From Leucoraja ocellata (lineage: Eukaryota): a DNA stretch of 64,000 nucleotides. Where the stretch lies: the NCBI GenBank assembly GCA_036785375.1, contig JAWMAR010000563.1, positions 930,001 to 994,000 on the forward strand. The letters run 5' to 3'. The notes under the pieces are model-generated. The model saw nothing but the letters and a program-made list of their open reading frames with translations, was not told where the DNA came from and ran no database searches. Positions 49,893 to 61,419 of the stretch are shown here, one piece after another (the first letter of the stretch is position 1; each line of letters begins with the position of its first letter). A program made the position numbers and the translations under genes.

Positions 49893-52850
49893 CCAATAAC
49901 CATATAACAATTACAGCACGGAAACAGGCCATCTCGACCCTTCTAGTCCGTGCCGAACACGTATTATCCCCTAGTCCCATATACCTGCGCTCAGACCATA
50001 ACCCTCCATTCCTTTCCCGTCCATATAACTATCCAATTTATTTTTAAATGATAAAAACGAACCTGCCTCCACCACCTTCACTGGAAGCTCATTCCACACA
50101 GCCACCACTCTCTGAGTAAATAAGTTCCCCCTCATGTTACCCCTAAACTTCTGCCCCTTAATTCTCAAGTCATGTACCCTTGTTTGAATCTTCCCTACAC
50201 TCAGTGGGAAAAGCTTTTCCATGTCAACTCTCTCTATCCCTCTCATCATTTTAAAAACCTCTATCAAGTCCCCCCTTAACCTTCTCCGCTCCAAAGAATA
50301 AAGCCCTAACTTGTTCAACCTTTCTCTGTAACTTAGTTGCTGAAACCCAGGCAACATTCTAGTAAACAACCTCTGTACTCTCTCTATTTTGTTGACATCC
50401 CTCCTATAATTAGACGACCAAAATTGTACACCATACTACAGAATTGGCCTCACCAATGCCTTGTACAATTTTAACATTACATCCCAACTTCTATATTCAA
50501 TGCTCTGATTTATAAAGGCCAGCACACCAAAAGCTTTCATTACCACCCTATCTACATGAGGTTCCACTTTCAGGGAACTGTGCACAGTTATTCCCACATC
50601 CCTCTATTCACCTGCATTCTTCAATTCCCTACCATTTACCATGTACGTCCTATTTTGATTTGTCCTGCCAAGATGTAGCACCTCACACTTATCAGCATTA
50701 AACTCCATCAGCCATCTTTAAGCCCACTCTTCCAACTGACAGAAATCTCTCTGTAGACTTTGAATATCTACTTCATTATCCACAACCCCACCTATCTTAG
50801 TATCATCTGCATACTCACTAATCCAATTTACCACACCATCATCCAGATCATTGATGTACATGACAAACAACAGTGGACCCAACACAGATCCCTGTGGCAC
50901 CCCACTAGTCACTGGCCCCCAACCTGACAAACCACCATCCACTATTACTCTCTGGCATCTCCCATTCAGCCACTGTTGAATCCATCTTGCTACTCCATCA
51001 TTAATACCCAACAATTGAACCTTCTTAACCAACCTTCCGTGAGGAACCTTGTCAAAGGCCTTACTGAAGTCCATATATACAACATCCACTGCTTCCCTCA
51101 TCAATACCCTCATCAATTTCCCGAGTAACCACTTCAAAATTTTCAAGACGATTAGTCAAACATGACCTTCCAGGCACAAATCCATGTTGACTGTACCTAA
51201 TCAGACCCTGTTTATCCAGATACTAACATATATTATCTCTAAGTATCCTTTCCATTAATCTGCCCACCACTGACGTCAAACTAACAGGTCTACAATTGCT
51301 AGGTTTACTCTTAGCCCCCTTTTTAAACAATGGAACAACATGCTCAGTACGCCAATCCTCCGGCACTATTCCCGTTTCTAATGACATTTGAAATATTTCT
51401 GTCATAGCCCCTGCTATTTCTACACTAACTTCCCTCAATGTCCTAGGGAATAGCCTGTCCGGACCTGGAGACTTATCCACTTTTATATTTCTCAAAAGTG
51501 TCAGTACTTCCTCTTCTTTGAATCTCATAGTTTCCATAGCTACTCTAGTTGTTTCCCTTACCTCACATAATTCAATATCCTTCTCCTTGGTGAATATCGA
51601 AGAAAAGAAATTGTTCAATATCTCCCCCATCTCTTTTGGCTCGGCAGATAGCTGTCCACTCTGACTCTCTAATGGACCAATTTTATCCCTCGTTATCCGT
51701 TTCCTATTAATATAGCTGTATTAGCCCTTTGGATATACTTTCAACTTACCTGCCAAAGCAACCTCATATCTTCTTTTAGCTTTTCTAATTTCTTTCTTAA
51801 GATTCTTTTTACATTCTTTATACTCCTCAAGCACCTCATTTACTCCATGCTGTCTATAATTATAGTGGATCTCTCTCTTTTTCCGAACCAACTGTCCAAT
51901 TTCCCTTGAAGACCATGGCTCTTTCTAATCTTTACTATTTCTTTTGAAGGGACATAAAGATTCTGTACTCTTACATTTTCACCTTTAAATGTCCTCCATT
52001 TCTCTTCGACATCTTTCCCATAAAACAAATTGTCCCAATTTACTCCATTTAAATCCTTTCGCATCTCCTCAAAGTTAGCCTTTCTCCAATCAAAAATCTC
52101 AACCCTAGGTCCATAATTATATTGAAACTAATGATATTGTGATCACTGGTTCCGAACTGTTCCCCAACGCATACCTCTGCCACCTGACCCGTCTCATTTC
52201 CTAACAGGAGGTCCAGTACCGCCCCTTCTCTAGTAGGTACTTCTATGTATTGCTGCAAAAAACTATCCTGCACACATTTTACAAACTGCAACCCATCCAG
52301 CCCATTTACAGAATGTGTTTCCCAGTCTATGTGTGGAAAACTGAAATCTCCCACAATCACCACCTTGTGCTTACTACTAATATCTGCAATCTCATTACAT
52401 ATTTGCTCTTCCAATTCTCACTCCCCATTTAGCGGTCTATAATAAGTGTTGCTACCACTTTCACATTTCTCAGTTCCACCCAAATAGCCTCCCTAGACGA
52501 GCCCTCTAATCTATCCTGCCAAAGCACTGCTGCAGTATCTTCCCTGATAAGCAATGCAACACCTCCACCTCTTGCCCCTCCAATTCTATCACACCTGAAG
52601 CAACGAAATCCTGGAATATTTAGTTTCCAATCACAGCCCTCCTGCAACCATGTTTCACTGATCGCCACAACATCATACTTCCAGGTGTCAATCCAGGCTC
52701 TAAGTTCATCCACTTTTCTTACAATGCTCCTAGCATTAAAGTATACACATTTAAGAAACCCACCCTCTCTTATTCTCTGTTTATTGTCTTCTTCTTCTCT
52801 CTCCCCTATATTTTGGGTCAGAGTGCTACTATTCTCTGCCTCCTGCCTCT
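49893..52850 (-). mobile_element. CR1 ORF2, degenerate, filling the GPCR intron
   Basis: APE (AISETW, SDH) and RT (YADD) fragments; ttatatgg tail. Confidence 0.95.
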
Positions 52851-53615
52851 CAGCTTTCCCAATTCGAGTCCCTAATGAACAAAATGCTGCCGCGAATTAG
52901 TTTACTTGCTTAACAGTCTTACGGCTTATCACAGAACGATTAAAAAGAGGGGTATAGTGGGTACAAATCAATTATGTCTTCCATTCACCTGACTGCAGAG
53001 TAATGTGGAGAGTCAAGGGTATCGGCCGATTTACACATCATAGTTCAGCGCCAAACATGATGTTAAAACCTTCCATCTGCTGATACAAGATAGCATCAAC
53101 TTTAAAACAAGAAGCATTTGGTGGTCAACAAAGGTCAAATGTATTGGATATGGAGTGCCTGCCCTGCAGTGTTACTCCAGCGCTTTGTGTCCTTTTTTGG
53201 TAAACGAGCATCTACAAGTCTTTGCCTTAAAGTGCAGTAATTTACCCGTTGCTAAACTCGTTTTATATCGAATATTATATCCAACATGCAATGCCATAAT
53301 TGTGCGATAAACAATTTATTTGCCTGTAGATGATGCACCTGTAGACTGCTCCTTCCGATCCGGTTCTCTGATGTTGTGTGGATTTCTCATGCGCTCCCTG
53401 CCACCGCGGCAATCTAAGCTCACGTTTACATTTGGTCTATATTCTTCGATCCCTGCCTGTCCATCTGCCTGTCTAAGCGATACTGAATCTATTGGCAATA
53501 CATTCGGATAGTGTAGTTTGAATTTTCGGCGGTAATAATTGAATCAGTAATTCAAGATATAATTAATAACACACATTTTAACAGTAAACTTGGGTACAGG
53601 TGAAAAAGGGCTTAC

Positions 53616-53685
53616 CAGGAACACCTATAATGACAAGGATCGGGTAGAAGACGTTCTCTACCCGCTTGAGCACCGGCAGTTCCAT
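53616..53685 (-). CDS. GPR139-like GPCR, exon 1 (70 nt): MELPVLKRVENVFYPILVIIGVP
   Basis: gacATGG start, donor G|gtaagc in phase 1; joins exon 2 to give GVPAN in TM1 and a 324-aa protein. Confidence 0.88.
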
Positions 53686-54553
53686 GTCCAGAGGCAATCG
53701 ACTCTTCCTGCCAATGGTCTGAGAGGTTGCTTGCTTTTAAAGTTAGCAGCATATTCACCAGAGAAAACATAATGAAGGCAAATTAATTGCGATTAGTGTC
53801 AGTCAGTTAAACAAACAAAGGTAGCCTCCTTACGTTAGCTATTATTGCGTAATAACTGCCAACAAAGTCGGTCGTCCTATAAAATAAACATGATGTTATT
53901 ATCTTACATAAAATATGGAGAATTTTTAGTACGAACATATATTTGTTAGTCTATTCGCATTACATATATAACATATATAACAATTACAGCACGGAAACAG
54001 GCCATCTCGGCCCTACAAGTCCATGCCGAACAAATTTTGTTCCCTAGTCCCACCTGCCTGCACTCGTACCATAACCCTCCATTCCCTTCTCATCCATATT
54101 CCTATCCAATTTATTTTTAAATGATACCAATGAACCTGCCTCCACCACTTCCACTGGGAGCTCATTCCACACCGCCACCACTCTCTGCGTAAAGAAGTTC
54201 CCCCTCATATTACCCCTAAACTTCTGTCCCTTAATTCTGAAGTCATGTCCTCTTGTTTGAATCTTCCCTATTCTCAAAGGGAAAAGCTTGTCCACATCAT
54301 TCTCTGCTTCCTGCAGCAATATAACGTTATAACCATATAACAATCCACGAATATCCATGTGCCGATCTAAACGCCTCTTGCAGCACACTCTCACTTTTAT
54401 TTCCAGTTTCCAACACTATCTCTGGCAGCCCGTTCCAGGCACCCGCCACTACCTGCTTTAAACTTTGATACTCTCACCTTAAATATATGCCCTCCAGTCC
54501 ACCCCAGTATGGACATGGTTCTGCCTGTCTACCTCATCTATGCCTCTCATCTA

Positions 54554-57500
54554 TCTATATATTAAAACTCTGTGTGTGTGTGTGTGTGTTTCTGCCTGGG
54601 TGTGTTTGTGGGTGCCAGATTCGGCCTTTGATTCCATGTTACGCCAGCACTCCGTCATTCAACTCCGTCATAATTTCCATGTCGCTAGCTCATTCACTTT
54701 TACATCCGATTTTGCACTTCTTTTTATGTTTTCTTTTTATGTACCAATTTAAAAAAATAAAATCCTACACCCCCACCCCCCACTCACTCATTTTGTCGCC
54801 TCCTGCTGGCCAGCAACCATAACGGCTGCTGACGCCCGCCTTGCTCCAAAGATGCCGCCATTTTTAATGCCAGGCCTCACACTCTCTAACCAGCTGGAGT
54901 GGGGGCCAAACCCGGCGTTTGGCATGGGGCCGTGACGGGGACCAAAAAGAAGCCGCCCCACGCCCGCCAGCAGTCTAGTCTCTCTGTCTCTCCTCTCTCT
55001 CTCTGCCCCTCTCTCTTCACAGCCCGCGGCTCGAATCATGCACGCCCGCTCCAACCCCCCCACCCTTAATCTCTCTCCCCCATCCTATCATTCCTCTACC
55101 CCTCCTCTCCCCCACTTCGCCCCCACTCCGCCCTCCCCCCCGCTCCAACCTTCCCCGTTGTTCAAATTGCGCAGAAATAACCAAAGATCCAAGAGCACCT
55201 ATAGGATCTTGGAGAGAACGAGCGTTCACAGCCCGCGGCTCGACTGATGCACGCCCGATCAACCCCACCTTCACCTCAGGTGCTTCGAGTAGCAATGTTA
55301 CAAAATTTTGAGATTTTAAAAATCAAGTCTGCAATTTATCCCATCAGATAAAGTATAACAATAAGTTTAATTTGACACCAAATTCACTTTCATATCTCAA
55401 GTATTAAAAAAAGTTATGGCCATTTTCATACTCGGAAATTAGCATCTTGTTCCCTATTGATTTTCAATGGACATTACAAAAAAGCTGTGATCTTGGATAG
55501 TCAAAAGCCCATTTCTTAAGGAAAGATTAACATTTTTAAATAGCCTAAGTGTCCAAAGATTATTCACAAATAATTCACAATATAACATGATTTTTATATC
55601 TAATTTACATTAATTTATAGGCCAAATGGAAGGAATTTAGTGTTCAATTGCTGTAAATAAATGCCCATTTAAATCGGCTTTCTAGTGGGTTCATGTGAAC
55701 GCGCTGGTTTAGAACGTTGACATCGCGCTGGATTAGAGCCCTCAAATGCTGAGAAAAATACTGCGGGATATAAAAAGCCCAAAATGAACTACTCGCTATA
55801 GATAACTTGATATACAGGGTTATATATATGCCCCATTTAATGTAAAAATAAGGTACATACCTTTAATTGTTTGCTTTATAAAACCCTGGGGCTGCGAGAG
55901 GTTGCGGAATGAGACAGTAATTTTAAAACTATTATAACTATATTATCGAGGCCTATAAAACTAATAATACCTTTTGCGACCGGGTCTTGCAGCGATTTTT
56001 CGTTAATGATTTACTAGGCTGAACATCTAGTAAAAATCGCGTTTTAAACCCGCCCCCTCCAAACAGCGCCAAAATCGCGGATATGGCTGTGGGCAGATTC
56101 CCAATGACGATTCAGGTAGGTTTTGTAACATACCTACTTCGAGTCTGTCACTGTTTGCGGAAGTGGGCACGCGCTCTCCATTCTAGCAGACGCTCTCATC
56201 TCTTTGTGGGGGCGCGTGCTTAGTGAAGAGTGCATTTTATTTAAAACATTTTTTTTTACGTTAACATTTGATTGCATTTCATTGTTAAATTCTTTATTTG
56301 TTTTTCATTTAATTAAATTATTTCTCACTTAACATTACTACTTTTTAACACTAACTTTTAATTTCAAATACCGTTTTTTAAAATAAATTTGCTGTCTTTT
56401 CATAGACAGCTCCTCCTTCTCCCTCTCTCCCTCTTACCCCCTCTCTCCCCCCTCCTCTCCCCCTCATCTTCTCCCCCCTTCCTCACCCCCTTACTCTCCC
56501 CTTCCTCACCCCTTCCTCACCCCCCTTCCTCTCCCCCTTCCTCACCCCCTTACTCTCCCCCCTTCCTCTCCCCATTCCTCCTCCCCCTCCTCTCAAAAAA
56601 CGTTTTTCTAACATTACCTTTTCCCCGTTTGTTACATATTTACCATTTTGCAATTTCTAAATTCTTAACGATTGTCTTTAATACTTAAAGACAACATTCA
56701 TTTCAAATGCCGTTTTTTTAAATAAATTTGCTGCCTTTTCATTGACAGTTTAGAGTCAAAATCATTGTTATTTTACTTTGTGAACGGTGACTTGTTTGTG
56801 TTTTTTTAAAAGAGTGTTTGTGGGGGCGGGTGCTTAGTGTCTGTCACCGTTGAATTTTTTTGAATTTTTAAAAAATATGGTTTAACAAACAATTTTTCTA
56901 ACAGTAATTTTTTTCCGTTTGTTACGTCTTTCCAATTTTGAAATTTCTAAATTCTTAACGATTGTCTTTAATTCTTAAGACAACATTTCATTTCAAAGAC
57001 AGCATTTTTTTGATTTTATATTGACGTTTAAATTGACAAAATATTTTAAAAAACATTTCATTGTAATTGGCAACAGATTTCATTGTGATTGATTTCAATC
57101 TAGAGGAAAGGCTCCATTTTTAAGAAATTGATCTGTTTTCATTGACAACTGAGATTTCAAAACAATTTCTTTGTGATTTATTTCATTTGATCTGAAAGAT
57201 TCCATTTTGAATAAATTCATCTGTCATCATTGATAACTGAGAGTGTGTTTGGGCTTTTTTTAAATTCAGAAAATTTCCATTTTGAACAACTTAATCCAGT
57301 CTTCATTGACAACAGAGATTCTGTTTTCAAATCATGCCAAGAGGAAGGAATAAACATACAGGGCGGTCGTGTGATGAGAAAATGAGACATCGAGAAGTAA
57401 TGAGGAGGAGAAAACAACAACAGACTCAGCAAGAAAGAACACAACATCTCCGAGGTAATCCGGAGATAAACCAGGAGAGAAGGGCACAACAGACACAGCC

Positions 57501-60390
57501 AGAAACATCTCAGTGTCTACAAGATAGTCGGGGGAGACAGCGGGAGAGAAGTGCACATGAGATGCAGCAAAAAACAACTCAACGTCTCAGAGAAAAACGA
57601 GAGAGAGAGAGCGCAAGAGACGGATCAAGAAATAACTCAACGTCGCAGTGAGAAACGAGACAGGGAGGAGGAGAGAAGGGATAAAGAGATGCAGCCAGAA
57701 AGAAGTCAACGTCTCAGAAATAAACGAGAGAGGGAGCAGGAGAGAATAACTCAAGAGACAGAGCCAGAAAGAAGTCAACGTCTCAGAAATAAACGAGAGA
57801 GGGAGCAGGAGAGAAGGACTCGAGAAATGTATCAAGAAACAACTCAACATCTTGAGGAACATAAAGAAAGAAATCAAATGAGAAGGGATTTATATTTATA
57901 TGGTTATATGAGAAGGGATGCAGAGAGGGGAGATGAAAGAACTAGATGAACTGGATGAACAGCGAGACAGAGATACAAGACAACGAAATGCACGACTTAC
58001 AAGGAGAAATATTAATGCTGATGTTGGTCAAATGACCAATGTTTGCCTTCATTGTCGAGCTAAACGCTACTCTGGAGAAACGAATAACTTTTGCTGCATG
58101 AAGGGTAAGGTCACCATTACTCCTCTGCAAACACTCCTGAATGCACTCATTAATTTGTATACAGGTGACACGCCACAAGCACATGAGTTCCAAAACAATA
58201 TTAGACAATACAATTGCCTCTTTCAATTCACGTCATTTGGTACCAATGAAGTGGTGTCACATGGATGGAATCCTTCAGTGATCATTCAAGGCCAGATTCA
58301 TCATTCATTAGTTCTTTGATGCCTCATCAAGATCAACAAAGTAAATTCTTACAAATCCATTTCATGGACCCACAAGATAGCGTTGAGTTGCGAATGAGTA
58401 TACTCCAAGATGCTGGTATTCAAAGGGACATTGTTGAAATGCTTGAAAACATGATAAGACTAAACAACTCTTACATTCATTCAATTATGATGGCAATGGA
58501 GAGAATTAGAGATTTACCGGAGGCATCAATCATTATTGATCTCAATTATCGGCCACCTTTCCAAAATGAACGGCGGTTTACCACGCAAACTGCAAATGAA
58601 GTTGCTGGCCTTATAGCAAACAGTAATGTGCCTGTGGCAACATCACGCCACATTGTCTTGAGAAGAAAACGAATAGGAGGAGCAGAAGGAGGTCTGCAAA
58701 TCATTTCAGAGTCCCATAGGTCTTATGGCAGTTTTCAATACATCATTTTCTTTCCACTTGGTGATGACGGGTGGCATTCACAACTCCAAATGAGTACCGG
58801 CAGAAAATTGACACTAATGCAATATTATGCATATAGAATCATGAATCGTGACAATGAATTCAACCAGCTTTTGAGAGGAGGACGACTCTTCCAACAATAT
58901 CTTGTTGATATGGCGGCTAAAATGGAAGGTGATAGACTGAATTATATTCGCATGAATCAGGTATCGTTGAGGTCAACGACGTACAAAGGACTGACGGATG
59001 CATTACATGATGATGATGACTTGGAAAACATTGGAAGGTGCATCATCCTCTCTTCAACATTTGTCGGTGGTCCCAGATATATGATGGGACGATGCCAGGA
59101 CGCCACGATGTATGTTCGGAAGTATGGTACTGCTGCATTCTTCATTACAATGACCTGCAATCCAAATTGGAGCGAGATCCAACAGTGCCTCTTTTCAAAT
59201 CAGCAGCCGTCTGATAGACCGGAATTAATAGCAAGAGTATTCGAGCGGAAAAAAAAAATATTCATGAAGACCGTCACTGGACCAGATGGCTTCTTAGGAA
59301 ACTGTATTGCTTTCATCTTGACTATGGAATATTAGAAGAGAGGCCTGCCTCATTTCCATTGTCTGCTTTGGCTTGATGAAGCGAGTAAGCCAAGACCTCA
59401 AAATTATGAAATATTTGTGCAAGCTGAAATTCCAGCCCCGCAAGCAGATCCTGAGCTGCATAAATTGATACTCAAGCACATGATCCATGGACCGTTCTGC
59501 AAGGCCACATCTCCATGTTGGAAGGAAGGAAGATGCACCAAAAGATTCCCAAAGCCATTTGTCAAAAGCACAATGTCTGGCGATGATTCGTATCCTCTGT
59601 ACAGGAGAAGATCTCCCGCAATGGGAGGATTTCAGGGACATCAAGAAGGTCGTCCGTTACAGACTATTACTTCTAATTGGGTTGTGCCCTATAATACTGA
59701 ACTATTGAAGGCGTTCAAATGCCACCTCAACGTCAAAATATGCTGCTCTGTACAGTCAATCAAATACGTCATCAAGTACACCTTGAAGGGATGTGATCAG
59801 GCAGCATTTGGAATTAACGTAAATGACAAGATTAAACAGTACCAGACTGGCAGATACATTGGTCCTTCAGAGGCATGGGCATCAGTCCTTGGATTTCTTA
59901 CTCATGAGAGACACCTCCCTGTCATTCGACTTGATGCCAGACCAAACAACAAGTATTTTTTGATGCTGCTCAGCAAGGGATGAATGATGGGATGACTTTG
60001 ACTGATCGATTGAACTCTGAAGGTCCGTTTGTCAGAACACTATTGTACGTTGATGTACCTCGATTTTATACATGGAGCAGCAAGAGATGGCGAAGAAGGA
60101 ATGTTCGGAAGAGAGTGGATAACTTCCCAGGTATTTTTGAAGTCAACGCTCTTGGACGAATACATGTCATTTCTCCAAAACACTGTGACCTCTTCCACTT
60201 GAGACTGCTTCTAAATCACGTGAAAGGACGAGTGTCTTTCGAGTCTTTGAAGACACATAATGGAGTAATTCTTCCTTCCTTCAAAGACGTCTGCAGAGAA
60301 AGAGGCTTGTTGGAAGCTGACGACTATTGGCAACAAACAATGGAAGATGCTGAGATGACAAGACTCCCCAGGGCAATCAGGTGCCGGAAG
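54554..60390 (+). mobile_element. Decayed autonomous Helitron (5' end + Rep domain, helicase missing)
   Basis: a|tctatatattaaaactc terminus; ORFs 57334-60462 with CxxC..CC zinc finger, FITMTCNPNW, EY*KRGLPHFH (HUH), KYVIKY. Confidence 0.92.
55290..56136. mobile_element. 847-bp non-autonomous DNA transposon with 7-bp TSD
   Basis: TIR tag[ca/gt]atgttacaaaa; TSD cttcgag at 55283-89 and 56137-43. Confidence 0.85.
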
Positions 60391-61419
60391 CATTTGCTCG
60401 GCAGAAATGTCTTGTCTGAGCACCGAGATATATTGATTAGGAAGCAGACCTCAACGCTCTGAACCTTGACCGAAATCGTCATATGGTCGATCAAATCGTC
60501 ATATATCATCCACAGACTGCACATAATCTAGCAGTATGCTGGGGTGCGGAGGTCTTAAAACCACGTTGTTTCAGCCTCACGGCGCAAAGCGATCTTTGCT
60601 AATTTCCTCACCAAGTGGCCGCATTTCGGCCCCATGAGTGTTCGCTGACCTGATGTCTAAGCAGGAGTCCCTGATAGGTGAATAGACGTCCACGATGGGG
60701 AATTCGGGCGCTTTTGTGGGCCGGGCATCTGTCCAGACTGGCTCCAAGTCATGATACATCTCTATACCACTTTGGGGAGGCCGTGTTTTGAGGATTGTCT
60801 GCAGTCCTGCTCGCCGCCTTGAGCAATGACATGGAGGTGGATTCAGAAAATGTTTATCAGAATGCTGCCTGAATTGGAGTATATCAGTTTCAACCAAAAG
60901 CTGGATAAACTTGGGTTTTTTTCACTGGAATGCCGAATGATGAAGGGAGATCTGATATCTATAAAATTAAATGTTCCATTCCTGTCTGCTCTGTATAGTG
61001 ATTTTAGAAAAAAGCTATACCCTGTATCGCTGTGATTTTTGTCCATCTTACTCACAGGCCGCCTCCGTTGAACAGGCCCCGAGGAATTTTCCCATCGATG
61101 AAAAATAAAAAAAGTTATGAGTATTTAAAAAACCTTGAGAGCCTCCCACCTGTCAATCAGTGCGATGAAGGTAACACGCGAGGGAAAGGCCACGACTCTT
61201 ATTCTGCTGTGAGTCTACAGAACACTGAGAGTCTATTGAAATGTGAGTCCGCCCTTAATGTGCTTTATGTGTTTTATGCGGTTGTGTGCTTTATGTGGTT
61301 AACCCTTTATGAGCATGCAACAAATGATTTGTTAGCCAGCAATGTGCGAGTAATGAATGGTGATTTGTTAACACTTTATGTACTTGCAATAAATGATTTG
61401 TTCGCCCTTAATGATAATA

